This document shows positions 1-8,786 of a stretch of 39,289 bases of DNA, in pieces. The translations under genes and the position numbers were made by a program. This stretch comes from a virus. The stretch lies in the IMG/VR virus record IMGVR_UViG_3300037067_022543; one strand, written 5' to 3'. Each line of letters opens with the position of its first letter. Within the stretch, counting starts at the first letter, position 1. The notes under the pieces were generated by a model. The model worked only from the letters and a program-made list of their open reading frames with translations. It was not told the DNA's origin and searched no databases.

Positions 1-15
1 TAGTGTAATTTTCAT
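1..15 (-). CDS. 5' end of a gene running off the window (MKITL...)
   Basis: ATG at 13-15 (minus) preceded by GGAG RBS (ggagaataatATG); only 5 codons visible. Confidence 0.3.
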
Positions 16-97
16 ATTATTCTCCTTGTTTTGTATTTTTCTATAAAACAAAAAGAAATCCTGTTTTTAAATTCATTCAGCATAAACAATAACTAGT

Positions 98-259
98 CTA
101 TTCACTTTTATAATTATTTCTTTGTATGTTTTTAATCCATACTTGTGATAGAACGCAAAGAAGAAAATTTTCTGCTTCCTTTAGAGATTCTTTTTGGGCT
201 ATTTTTAAAAGAATTTTTAACTCTTCTTCCAGATCTCTTACATTTAAATTATTTTCCAT
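98..259 (-). CDS. small hypothetical protein (53 aa, MENNLNVRDLEEELK...)
   Basis: ATG 257-259 to TAG 98-100 on minus strand, GGTGA-like RBS; below ORF-track size cutoff, translated by hand. Confidence 0.35.
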   Translation of the reverse strand: MENNLNVRDLEEELKILLKIAQKESLKEAENFLLCVLSQVWIKNIQRNNYKSE

Positions 260-311
260 ATCACCATTATACAAAAAAGGAACTTTATTTAAAATAAAGA
301 ATTAAATAAAT

Positions 312-539
312 ATGGAACATGATGAAAAAAGATTGGCTTTAAGAAAACTAAACAGGGGAAATCCTCGTGACATAATCAGGCTATATGAAGCTGAAATTAC
401 AATATTAAAACAAGAGTTTTCCAAAGCTTCATGTAAGGGTTGTGCTAAAGGATTTTACGAAAGAAAGATCAAAAAATACGAAGAAGAAATAAAAAAAATA
501 AAATCTGAAAAAAGATTCAGAGGAATGGATATTAACTAA
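312..539 (+). CDS. hypothetical charged protein, only plus-strand candidate gene in window
   Basis: 75-aa ORF with protein-like Lys/Glu-rich composition; no clear SD; convergent with 541..912. Confidence 0.35.
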   Translation: MEHDEKRLALRKLNRGNPRDIIRLYEAEITILKQEFSKASCKGCAKGFYERKIKKYEEEIKKIKSEKRFRGMDIN

Positions 540-540
540 C

Positions 541-912
541 TTATTTTTTAATTTCCTTGCAAGTCTTCTGCTTACAATAACAATTTTTGGGGCAAGAGCA
601 TTTGGATGGAACTTCATTGGCATGGTTACAAGACAAGTCATAATTTTCTTGTTCTATAATATCTCCATTCTCATTTCTGGCTTGGTCTTCTCTTTTATCT
701 AAAAATCTTCTACGGAATTCATCTGCACAATGTTGGGCTGCATATGTGCAATCATGTAGTGTTGAATATCTTTTTTCCTTATCTGACATATATTTAATCA
801 TGCAAGAAAAAATTAGATATTCTAATTCCCCTTTACTTTTTATAGTTGATTTGTTTAAACATTCAGAAAATTCTTTATATTGGTCTCTATCTTCTTGTTT
901 AATATATGGCAT
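541..912 (-). CDS. hypothetical Cys-rich protein
   Basis: ATG start with AGGAAGGA RBS; C-terminal CxC..CxC cluster. Confidence 0.6.
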   Translation of the reverse strand: MPYIKQEDRDQYKEFSECLNKSTIKSKGELEYLIFSCMIKYMSDKEKRYSTLHDCTYAAQHCADEFRRRFLDKREDQARNENGDIIEQENYDLSCNHANEVPSKCSCPKNCYCKQKTCKEIKK

Positions 913-926
913 TTTTTCTTCCTTCC

Positions 927-1286
927 TTATTCATTATTTGCAACAATGTATGTTGATTGTTTCATATTATCTTTAATCATTTTATCTATAGCTTCTTTTG
1001 TATCAAGAAGATCGTATGATTTTTTCGTAGATTTATATATGGGAACAGAACCACTTGTATAAGCACTATCTGTATTTGTTCCACCTTTTTGGTCAAAAAC
1101 AAACTTCTTTGAAATTTGTTTATTGCCTAAAGATTTTCCCCCAGGAGTTCTATGTTTGTTTGAATTAAAAGGGCTTTTATATAATGGAGTACCTAGAAAT
1201 CCGCATTGCAGACATTGAAAATTACCACCAGAATCAAGTTTAAAAGTTATATTATCACCACCATAATGACATTTTTCACACCACAT
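927..1286 (-). CDS. zinc-ribbon protein (CxxC...CxxC)
   Basis: MWCEKCHYGG....CLQCG motif pair. Confidence 0.6.
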   Translation of the reverse strand: MWCEKCHYGGDNITFKLDSGGNFQCLQCGFLGTPLYKSPFNSNKHRTPGGKSLGNKQISKKFVFDQKGGTNTDSAYTSGSVPIYKSTKKSYDLLDTKEAIDKMIKDNMKQSTYIVANNE

Positions 1287-1923
1287 TGTTTTCTCCTTTT
1301 ATTTTTTTAAACTTATCAAACAAACCATCCATAATATTTATTAACTTTTTATCTAAATTATTATTTTTATTCCGATAATCAAAAGCTAAATCTTTAACAA
1401 ACTTAGTAAACTTATTGCATTGTTTACAATCATTTAAACCAGCAATTCTGCCAGGAAATATCTTTTTAAAACATTCTTCACATATATCGTATACCCAACC
1501 GCCTATAATTATTTTTTCATAATAATTTTCTCCGCATTCGGCACAAGTTAAATTTGATTTATATTCTGCTGCAACTACACAATCATCTATTATATCTATA
1601 ATGGTTTTAGCAGTTGCATCATCAATTTTTGGATCTCCTTTTACTTGTTCAAGTTGATTATTTAACGGACTAGTATAAAATCTAAGAGATCCGAATTTTT
1701 CCTTTACTTGATTAGCTTTAATACCAATATGTGTTAGTTTATATAATTTATCTATTTTCTCGCAAAGATTATCGAGTAATTCATACCATCCTTTGCCAAC
1801 ATCAAAACCCCAGCACATACAAGTTTCTGACATAGGTTTCTTTCTGTCTTGAAAAATTATTGGATATTTTTCGCACATAAACTTATCAAATTCTTCTCTT
1901 GACATTTCAATTATTTTTTTCAT
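1276..1923 (-). CDS. hypothetical Cys-rich protein
   Basis: 215-aa ORF, several CxxC pairs, stop/start overlap with neighbours. Confidence 0.6.
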   Translation of the reverse strand: MKKIIEMSREEFDKFMCEKYPIIFQDRKKPMSETCMCWGFDVGKGWYELLDNLCEKIDKLYKLTHIGIKANQVKEKFGSLRFYTSPLNNQLEQVKGDPKIDDATAKTIIDIIDDCVVAAEYKSNLTCAECGENYYEKIIIGGWVYDICEECFKKIFPGRIAGLNDCKQCNKFTKFVKDLAFDYRNKNNNLDKKLINIMDGLFDKFKKIKGENNVV

Positions 1924-2423
1924 TGCTTTCTTCTCCTGTAGTAAGTTAATGTCATATCTTTAGTCCATATACTATTCCCATAATATGCTTCATTATTAAA
2001 ATGTTTTGTCATAGATTTTAAAACGTTATTAACATATGGCAATAGTACTTCGTTGTATTCTTTTTTACAACAACATCTTGGTTCTCTTTCTGGCAAAAAG
2101 AACTTGGCAAATTCAAAAAACAAATTCCATCCTATTGGATCTAGTTCTTCATGGTAGATAATACCTGAACATCTAAATGAATCGCTTAATGATTTTAAGG
2201 TCATTAAGTTATACTCTCTAGACCCAATGTTTGAATGTTGGACTTTAATTGAATAACAATTTGTAGTTACCGACCCGTCATGTACTATCAAGCCCGTTCC
2301 TACGCTTTTAACAGAAATTCCGTTAAGATTAAGTTCAATTTCAAAACCGTTATGACTAAAAATATTATTAGCCATTTTGCCATCTTTATCAAAAGACAAA
2401 TATTTAACATTATCAAATTTCAT
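1920..2423 (-). CDS. hypothetical protein downstream of ThyA-family gene
   Basis: 167-aa ORF, AGGA RBS, ATG start. Confidence 0.55.
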   Translation of the reverse strand: MKFDNVKYLSFDKDGKMANNIFSHNGFEIELNLNGISVKSVGTGLIVHDGSVTTNCYSIKVQHSNIGSREYNLMTLKSLSDSFRCSGIIYHEELDPIGWNLFFEFAKFFLPEREPRCCCKKEYNEVLLPYVNNVLKSMTKHFNNEAYYGNSIWTKDMTLTYYRRRKQ

Positions 2424-2431
2424 AAGTCGTC

Positions 2432-3388
2432 CTAATTTTTGACAGTATTTTTAAAATCATTATCATAATCTCTTATCTTTTTTAGAACAACGCTTTCAGC
2501 TTCGTTATATATTGATTGAATATCTTCATCATAAAAATTAAAAATTCTATCTTCAAAACTTGTTGAATCTATCCTATTATAAAGTCTTCCTTTAAAGTTG
2601 GGAATATCTTTACCATAAATATGCCAAGAATCAGCTTGCCAGTTAATTCTGCCCATTTCTATTTGCCTTCCCATTTTTTCTTTAAGCTTATCAAGAATTA
2701 GAATTTTATTAAATTGAGTAAGACCAAAAATATTCATAAAGAAGGCACCCCAGGAATCATTTGATCTAATTCTTATATTGCAATTAAGCCACAATATTTT
2801 GTCATCATCTTCTAAAAGTCTATACCAAAGTGATTGCAAGCATGGAGGGTCATAAACATTCATGTCAAGCATTGGCATCCAAGTGATCATTTGGGCTTGG
2901 CGAGTAAATGGCTGTTTACAAAGTTTATCTACAACTAATTCTATTTGATTAATGTTGTAGTCTCCGGCTTCAATTGATTCGGGTTTATTTTGTGAATAAG
3001 TTCTCATTTCTTTCCACGAACCCCAATTGGCAAGTCTTTTGTGATAGGTATATTCCCATCTTGTATCTTCTTTAACATTAGCGTCTTTTACCCAGTGATC
3101 TTTATACCCCAAAAGTTCCATAACATATTCCCTCAAGTCTTCTATTCCGCCTGGAAAAGCCTTATGGATCATGGGATCTTTTAGTGGATTAAGCACAGTT
3201 ATATTAGAAGTGCTATCAATACTAGGTTCATCACCTGGTTTATCATATTGGGTTGGCATTCTAATACCTTCTTCATACAATTTAACAAGGGCTGCTTCAT
3301 ATGCTTCTGCTATAGTTTCTTTTTCTGTGTACAATACGGGCATATTCTTCATAATATATTCCTTATTTTTAACCGTTATACCATCCAT
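2432..3388 (-). CDS. thymidylate synthase-family enzyme (ThyA / dUMP or dCMP hydroxymethylase superfamily), divergent and N-terminally extended
   Basis: RQAQMITWMP...DPPCLQSLWY (ThyA R-x-WNP...PPC catalytic Cys) and IRSNDSWGAFFMNIFG (cf. QRSCDxFLGxPFNIASY). ORF track start at 3391 is TTG; ATG at 3386-3388 used. Overlaps upstream gene by 20 nt. Confidence 0.75.
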   Translation of the reverse strand: MDGITVKNKEYIMKNMPVLYTEKETIAEAYEAALVKLYEEGIRMPTQYDKPGDEPSIDSTSNITVLNPLKDPMIHKAFPGGIEDLREYVMELLGYKDHWVKDANVKEDTRWEYTYHKRLANWGSWKEMRTYSQNKPESIEAGDYNINQIELVVDKLCKQPFTRQAQMITWMPMLDMNVYDPPCLQSLWYRLLEDDDKILWLNCNIRIRSNDSWGAFFMNIFGLTQFNKILILDKLKEKMGRQIEMGRINWQADSWHIYGKDIPNFKGRLYNRIDSTSFEDRIFNFYDEDIQSIYNEAESVVLKKIRDYDNDFKNTVKN

Positions 3389-3701
3389 CAATCATTATAT
3401 CAACTTCAATATCTTTTCCTAATTCTGGAATAGCATTTATCAATTCTTTTTTTACGCTTTCTTTGAATTGCCCCAAAGTTTCATTTTCATTCATTTCTGA
3501 AATTGATTTGCCAAGGTATTCCATACCATAATCTGAATTTGAATAGAAACTAAAACCATTTTCTTCTAAATCTGTTTTGCAATTAAATTCTTTATTTAAA
3601 CTAATCGTTTTATTTTTAACATCTTTATTATATGAATTAATACCAACAATGCAAAAACTTGTGGAGCTTGAATTACTTATAAAACCTTCTCTAATTTTCA
3701 T
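3369..3701 (-). CDS. member 1 of MKIREGFVSNSSSSSF-family (110 aa)
   Basis: N-term MKIREGFISNSSSTSFCIVGI; AAAGGA RBS; C-terminal part homologous to member 3 (YLGxS, ExLGxEFKExVKK, W..G end). Confidence 0.8.
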   Translation of the reverse strand: MKIREGFISNSSSTSFCIVGINSYNKDVKNKTISLNKEFNCKTDLEENGFSFYSNSDYGMEYLGKSISEMNENETLGQFKESVKKELINAIPELGKDIEVDIMIDGWYNG

Positions 3702-3738
3702 GTTTTATTATCCTTTATTTATATAATCATTACAAATG

Positions 3739-4113
3739 CTATTCTGACAACAGTTCTTTGAATTCTTTTAAGCTAATATCAGTTCCATCGTAATCATATC
3801 CATCATCTCTATTAAAACAAAAAGCTGTGGAATTTTGTGGTATTGTAAAATTTGATTTAAATTCTAAACCATCATAAATTTCCATAAAGGACTCATAAAT
3901 AGAAAAAATATTCCCTTTATTATTTTTATTGATAAAATCAGCAATTTTTTGATTTATTTGAACAACGGTTTCTCCTTCACCACAGTTAAAATATCCAGAA
4001 GTTAAATATATCTTTTTATCACCAATCTTTTCAGGAATCTCTGACAACTTTTTGCCTATAATTACGAAACTTGATGAACTTGAGTTTGAAACGAAACCTT
4101 CTCTAATTTTCAT
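3739..4113 (-). CDS. member 2 of MKIREGFVSNSSSSSF-family (124 aa)
   Basis: N-term MKIREGFVSNSSSSSFVIIGK; AAAGGAG RBS. Confidence 0.8.
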   Translation of the reverse strand: MKIREGFVSNSSSSSFVIIGKKLSEIPEKIGDKKIYLTSGYFNCGEGETVVQINQKIADFINKNNKGNIFSIYESFMEIYDGLEFKSNFTIPQNSTAFCFNRDDGYDYDGTDISLKEFKELLSE

Positions 4114-4130
4114 GTTTTTTCTCCTTTATA

Positions 4131-4475
4131 TTAACCATCACGCCATGCTTCTTCATAAGTACCTAGTTCGACACTCTCCCCTAAAATTTGTTCTATTTGT
4201 TTTTTTACATCCTCTTTAAATTCTTTACCTGTTTGATTATCCTTAACATCGCTCCATGAACGTCCCAAATAATATGTGTCTCCATATGGAACATGAAATG
4301 AAAGATTGAGTTTTTGCTTTGAAATTAATTCTTCGACTAGTTCATAAATACCACAATCTTCATCATAGTAGTTATTTTTTTTTAACTTTTCTATAATGTC
4401 ATCATCCAATATTGCCCCAAAAATCAAAAATGACGACGAACTCGAATTGGAAACGAAACCTTCTCTAATTTTCAT
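4131..4475 (-). CDS. member 3 of MKIREGFVSNSSSSSF-family (114 aa)
   Basis: N-term MKIREGFVSNSSSSSFLIFGA; AGGAG RBS. Confidence 0.8.
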   Translation of the reverse strand: MKIREGFVSNSSSSSFLIFGAILDDDIIEKLKKNNYYDEDCGIYELVEELISKQKLNLSFHVPYGDTYYLGRSWSDVKDNQTGKEFKEDVKKQIEQILGESVELGTYEEAWRDG

Positions 4476-4504
4476 ATGTTTTCTCCTATTTTGTTAGAAT
4501 CTAT

Positions 4505-4525
4505 AACATATTGCTCACATATGTT
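4505..4525. promoter_or_regulatory. perfect 7-bp inverted repeat AACATAT-N7-ATATGTT upstream of family member 3
   Basis: aacatat tgctcac atatgtt in the 144-nt intergenic gap ahead of the three tandem paralogs; possible operator. Confidence 0.25.
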
Positions 4526-4619
4526 TAATTTTTAATAACACTTATTACATAACTTTGAGCAAGACTCCAGCAACTACCAACTTATTATTAACAACCTTTG
4601 AACTCTTTAATTATTTCCT

Positions 4620-5798
4620 TTACATTAATATCGGATTAGAAGAAGAGAAAGCTTTTGCCATTGATTTATCATCAAGATTGCATGAAAATCTATTTACTTC
4701 TTCTTTAAAAGACTTTTCATCTGTAATTCTATTCATAACAGACCATCCAATGTTGGGTTTAACAGAATCATTGGTAGTTTCCATACCAATAAACCCAGAA
4801 ATAAAACTCATAGGATAAATTTCTTCATAATATTTCCAAATAAAAGGAACAGATGACAAACCATTAGGAAACTTATCAGTTGTTAGAAGACTTTTACTAT
4901 TTGCACCAACTTTTTCTGACCTAATAAATCCACTTGAACTACCTAAATAACTTTCTCCAACTCTATTGAAATTACCGTTAATATAAGGGAAAAAACTGCA
5001 AATATGACCGCTAATATATGGTCCGCCACTCATGCCACGAAATTTGAAAAACGACTTCCAAAATTCAAGATCAACCTGGCCTTGTGAAGCTTTAATAAAT
5101 TGGTATAATACTGGAGCAAGATCGGTAATCCACCAATCAATATTATAGTCTTCAAATTTGTTAAATTTTACTAAAATATCTGCCCAATCTTCAGAAGATC
5201 CTTCAAGAGTTATTTCTGGAATTCCGCACATAGTACAGACTCCAAAATCAAAATAGCTTTTTACAACATCCATCATAGCAATTTCAAAAGCAACCTTTGA
5301 AGTAGCATCTGTAGTTGAAAAATTACCAATTATATTATTGTAATTTGTCTCTCCAATAAAGTTTTTAATTTGAGATGTAAAATCAGGAAAAACATTAGCC
5401 CAATCGTTGTCTTCTCCTTTTATGAAATTGTCCCTTATAACAAGTAATGATTTCTTTTCATCAAAGTTTACAAATTTTTTACGAAGACTTTCTGAATTTT
5501 CACTAACATGAATAGCAAGTTGCTGAATTATTGCCAACCAAATAATGTCTGGAGACAAAACTAAACGTTTATGCTCCTCAAATGCTTTCATGGCAGAAAA
5601 AACAAAGGGATTATATGGGGATGGAACAATATTTTTTTGGGGATCGCAAACAGCTTCAATTAGTTTTCTAACTTCAATTCTACCATTATTATAATCTTTA
5701 TTATTGTTAATAACTAAAGCAACAGCTTCCTGCATTTTTACTCTGTCTTTACAAGGAGATGAAACTATTTCACAATCATCGACTTTAAATGTATTCAT
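4620..5798 (-). CDS. hypothetical protein (392 aa)
   Basis: long ORF, ATG start; no motif I can name with confidence. Confidence 0.65.
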   Translation of the reverse strand: MNTFKVDDCEIVSSPCKDRVKMQEAVALVINNNKDYNNGRIEVRKLIEAVCDPQKNIVPSPYNPFVFSAMKAFEEHKRLVLSPDIIWLAIIQQLAIHVSENSESLRKKFVNFDEKKSLLVIRDNFIKGEDNDWANVFPDFTSQIKNFIGETNYNNIIGNFSTTDATSKVAFEIAMMDVVKSYFDFGVCTMCGIPEITLEGSSEDWADILVKFNKFEDYNIDWWITDLAPVLYQFIKASQGQVDLEFWKSFFKFRGMSGGPYISGHICSFFPYINGNFNRVGESYLGSSSGFIRSEKVGANSKSLLTTDKFPNGLSSVPFIWKYYEEIYPMSFISGFIGMETTNDSVKPNIGWSVMNRITDEKSFKEEVNRFSCNLDDKSMAKAFSSSNPILM

Positions 5799-5801
5799 AT
5801 A

Positions 5802-6314
5802 TCATCCTTTTTGCAATATAAACTTTTGCTTGCTATATCGAATTTTAGACCAACCAGTTTCTTTCAATTTATTATACAACAATTTCTGTAACTTTAAAAT
5901 ATCTTCTTCGTTTTTAAAATAACTATCTTTAGCAGGATATAATTCAACCATCAAATAACATCCATTTTCTGCCACTCTATTTATTTCTCTACCCAAAAAA
6001 TTTCTTTCATATTTATCAAGAAACATAAATATATAATTGCACAAAATAAGACTGACAGACTTACTTTCTAAAGGAATAATATCTCTGCCTAAAACTGTTT
6101 TTAACCCAAAATCTCCTGCCATATCTAACGGGAAAATTTTACTAAAACCAATGGAATTTAGATAAATAGTATTTCTACCATTTCCGCATCCACAATCAAC
6201 TACAGGCTTTGATTTTATGGCATTAAAAAGACCTATGTTTTTTGCAAGATAAGGGCATGGGCTTTTTCTTCCACATCGAATGCACCATCTATTATTTAAA
6301 TATTTTCTGCTCAT
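5802..6314 (-). CDS. small class-I SAM-dependent methyltransferase with N-terminal Zn-ribbon
   Basis: motif I VVDCGCGNGRNTIYL; CIRCG...CPY at N-term. Confidence 0.7.
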   Translation of the reverse strand: MSRKYLNNRWCIRCGRKSPCPYLAKNIGLFNAIKSKPVVDCGCGNGRNTIYLNSIGFSKIFPLDMAGDFGLKTVLGRDIIPLESKSVSLILCNYIFMFLDKYERNFLGREINRVAENGCYLMVELYPAKDSYFKNEEDILKLQKLLYNKLKETGWSKIRYSKQKFILQKG

Positions 6315-6315
6315 T

Positions 6316-6702
6316 TCAACTATTTTCTTCTATAGCTATACCAATAAAACCGTTTCCACTTTGCAAATGAATATTATTAATTTTATCTGCCAACTCTATG
6401 CCAGGTTTATCTTTTATATTACCTTTATTTTCAAATTCGTTAGCATAATGTAATGCCCACTTATAAGTATCTCCGAATAAGCTTCTTTGTCCATGAGCAA
6501 AACCTATATTAAAAATTTCATCCTTTGTTGCACCATGTTTTTCAAGGACTTCATGCAACCAGAATCCAACGCACCAAACTTCTTCAAAACGGTTTCCTGG
6601 TTCTTTCATAAATTCAGGAACTTCTTTATTTGATATTAAAGAACTTATTAATTCTTTTCTATGTTCTGAAACCCAAGATTTCGCTTCATCAATTGTATGC
6701 AT
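6316..6702 (-). CDS. hypothetical protein
   Basis: 128-aa ORF, ATG start. Confidence 0.55.
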   Translation of the reverse strand: MHTIDEAKSWVSEHRKELISSLISNKEVPEFMKEPGNRFEEVWCVGFWLHEVLEKHGATKDEIFNIGFAHGQRSLFGDTYKWALHYANEFENKGNIKDKPGIELADKINNIHLQSGNGFIGIAIEENS

Positions 6703-6741
6703 TTTTATCCTTATTATTTAGACTTACGCCCTTTTTTCGTA

Positions 6742-7014
6742 TTATTTCTTTCTCCTCATGCAAACTCTAAAATCATCAGGTTTATTGCGTATCCATCTAA
6801 TCCACTTATTTATGTTTTCGTTACTTAAAATTTTTTCAATTGTATTATATTCTTTTGCTAGTTGTTTATTGGAAAATAAATTATGGATCTGGTCTCCACA
6901 ACTGCAACAAACAAATATTGTTCCCATACCTGCACCATGTTTTTCTTTAGGGATAAGATGGTGCTTTTCCAAATAATCTTGCGGAGTTTTCCTTTGACAA
7001 ATTTGACAGTTCAT
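6742..7014 (-). CDS. HNH endonuclease (small)
   Basis: CQICQ...EKHHLIPKEKHG...CCSCGDQIHN. Confidence 0.7.
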   Translation of the reverse strand: MNCQICQRKTPQDYLEKHHLIPKEKHGAGMGTIFVCCSCGDQIHNLFSNKQLAKEYNTIEKILSNENINKWIRWIRNKPDDFRVCMRRKK

Positions 7015-7254
7015 TTTTTTTTATTTTTATTGATTTTGACAAACATAGTTTCCTAAATCAATTTCTGTAAATTCTCTCTCTGTATTTATATCATCAGTAT
7101 AAATTGCAGGAACAGTAACTATCATGCGAATATCCTGACCAGACTCTGGATACCCCAGAAAACATCAATTGCTTCTAATGTTGCGTTATACTTCTTTAAA
7201 AGCGAACACAGTTCTGCACGAAATTCTGTCTCAACCTGAAATTTTGTTTGCATA

Positions 7255-7560
7255 TTAATCTAATTCTTTTTTGAATTTATTGAAAGATTTAGTAAATTTA
7301 TTATAAAAAGAATGCATATCTGGGGCAGTCCAAATAATAGATTTAATTAATTCCAATCTTTGTTCATCAGTTAACTCTGTGAATAAAGATCTAATATCAT
7401 CAATTGTCATAGGGACTTCTTCATCATTATCAATAGCATCATTAATAATTGTGGAAATAACATTTAGTTTCTTTTCATTATTGCAACTATCAAATAATTC
7501 TCCTATTTGATACATTTTAATATCCAATTTTGTTTGACAATGTTTTTCTACATCATTCAT
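7255..7560 (-). CDS. hypothetical acidic protein
   Basis: 101-aa ORF, GAAGGAG RBS; preceded by a long GC-rich leader. Confidence 0.6.
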   Translation of the reverse strand: MNDVEKHCQTKLDIKMYQIGELFDSCNNEKKLNVISTIINDAIDNDEEVPMTIDDIRSLFTELTDEQRLELIKSIIWTAPDMHSFYNKFTKSFNKFKKELD

Positions 7561-7594
7561 AACTCATCACTCCTTCAAAATAATATGGCCAACA

Positions 7595-7800
7595 GCGTTG
7601 ATTCTCTAGTAGCCAGGATTTTGTTTTTCAATCAACATTTGTCTCTTGTCTTTAACAAGGCGATTCGTCATCGCTGCACCAACCCGACCATCTTGACCTG
7701 CTCACCGTCCATGGTCTGTTTGGCTTGCTGGTTCAGTAGTACAAATGAGCGTTAGCTCTCCTACCTTAAGCAGTTCCAGTCCTGAGCTTCCTCTATTGAC
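7595..7800 (-). other. GC-rich non-coding island (candidate structured RNA / leader)
   Basis: about 200 nt markedly GC-richer than surroundings, like the tRNAs and tmRNA here; no coherent ORF in any frame; contains local hairpins (GCGAT gacga ATCGC). Confidence 0.3.
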
Positions 7801-7822
7801 CATTATGAAATTTGGAAATAAT

Positions 7823-8257
7823 TTATTTTTGTATTATTGGAGATCTTTGGGCATCAAATTTTGGCTGTATTCCTGCTTTCAAAATTTCAATTATCTTTTC
7901 TTCAGTAAGATTGGTGACACCTGATATAAAGATATCTGTTCTCCATCTATAGTTGTTTTTAAGAGTATCATAATATTTTAATGTGGTTTTATCTGTAATG
8001 TCAGAAATAGCAGTTAATCCACCAGCAACCATTTGAGCAACAATTTCCGGAGTAAAAAAAGCCCTAGCATTATTATTTGAATCAACTATAATGAAATTTT
8101 CCCTATAAATATTAGAAGCAGGGATAGACCCCTGTTGAACTATTATAATGGTTGGTTCTTTAGTGTGAGAAACCCTAATGGGATTGGGAAAGTTAGTTGC
8201 ACATCCAGCCAAAAAAACAATTATAAAAGAAATTAATAAAACCATCATTTTTTTCAT
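7823..8257 (-). CDS. predicted lipoprotein
   Basis: MKKMMVLLISFIIVFLAGC: signal peptide + lipobox LAGC; AAGGA RBS. Confidence 0.7.
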   Translation of the reverse strand: MKKMMVLLISFIIVFLAGCATNFPNPIRVSHTKEPTIIIVQQGSIPASNIYRENFIIVDSNNNARAFFTPEIVAQMVAGGLTAISDITDKTTLKYYDTLKNNYRWRTDIFISGVTNLTEEKIIEILKAGIQPKFDAQRSPIIQK

Positions 8258-8287
8258 TTTTTTTATCCTTTTTTATTGCATTATAAA

Positions 8288-8776
8288 TTATTTCTGGCAT
8301 TCTACAATAAATAACTTATCCTTAAAAAGTTTTGGAAGTCTGTTGATTATAGGATAATTTTTATTATATTTTTCTGTAATTGTTTTAGAATCTGTAGAAA
8401 TAATTTTAAAACCATTCTTCTCTAAAATTGGTACGATTTCTTCTAAATTAGTACTACCGATTATATTTCCTGTCTTGTGTTTAGTGCCAATTTTTCTCCA
8501 TTGATATTTTTTATCATTTTCTTCTTTTAGCAAAAAAATACCCCCGGGGCATAAAATCCTATATATTTCTTGTAAATTTCTATCGTAATCTTCTTTTTTG
8601 CAATACATTAAAACATGTTGAACAAGAACTAATTCTGCAGAACCATCTCCATAAGGAATTTTTGAATTCCATCCGTCCCAAGGCTTTACTCCAGAAAAAA
8701 GTTTCCATCTAGGATCTAGATTTTCAAATTCGTTCAATATATTATTCTCGCTACCAAGATTTATTTTTAAAAGCAT
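8288..8776 (-). CDS. methyltransferase-fold protein (degenerate motif I)
   Basis: ELVLVQHVLMY...RILCPGGIFLL resembles post-I/II region of class-I MTases. Confidence 0.45.
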   Translation of the reverse strand: MLLKINLGSENNILNEFENLDPRWKLFSGVKPWDGWNSKIPYGDGSAELVLVQHVLMYCKKEDYDRNLQEIYRILCPGGIFLLKEENDKKYQWRKIGTKHKTGNIIGSTNLEEIVPILEKNGFKIISTDSKTITEKYNKNYPIINRLPKLFKDKLFIVECQK

Positions 8777-8786
8777 AATCTATTCC

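Noticed and set aside
429-1062. Overlapping ORFs 429..641 (-), 746..976 (+), 880..1062 (+)
   Set aside because: Poly-F/L low-complexity products overlapping better-supported minus-strand genes.
7015-7254. Possible frameshifted small gene (MQTKFQVETEFRAELCSLLKKYNATLEAIDVFWG... then a second frame) in the 240-nt gap
   Set aside because: Two short frames (43 aa and about 45 aa) could be joined by a -1 shift near TTTTCTGGGG, but there is no RBS and no homology. Too speculative to call.
7507-7755. Plus-strand 82-aa ORF in the GC-rich island
   Set aside because: It runs antisense through the start and RBS of gene 7255..7560, its product is Cys/Trp-rich and non-protein-like, and it has no SD. The region is treated as non-coding instead.
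7595-7800. T-box or SRP-RNA identity for the GC-rich island
   Set aside because: Only loose resemblance to T-box (GGGUGGNACCGCG) and SRP helix-8 motifs. The downstream gene is not an aminoacyl-tRNA or amino-acid gene. Left as unclassified.
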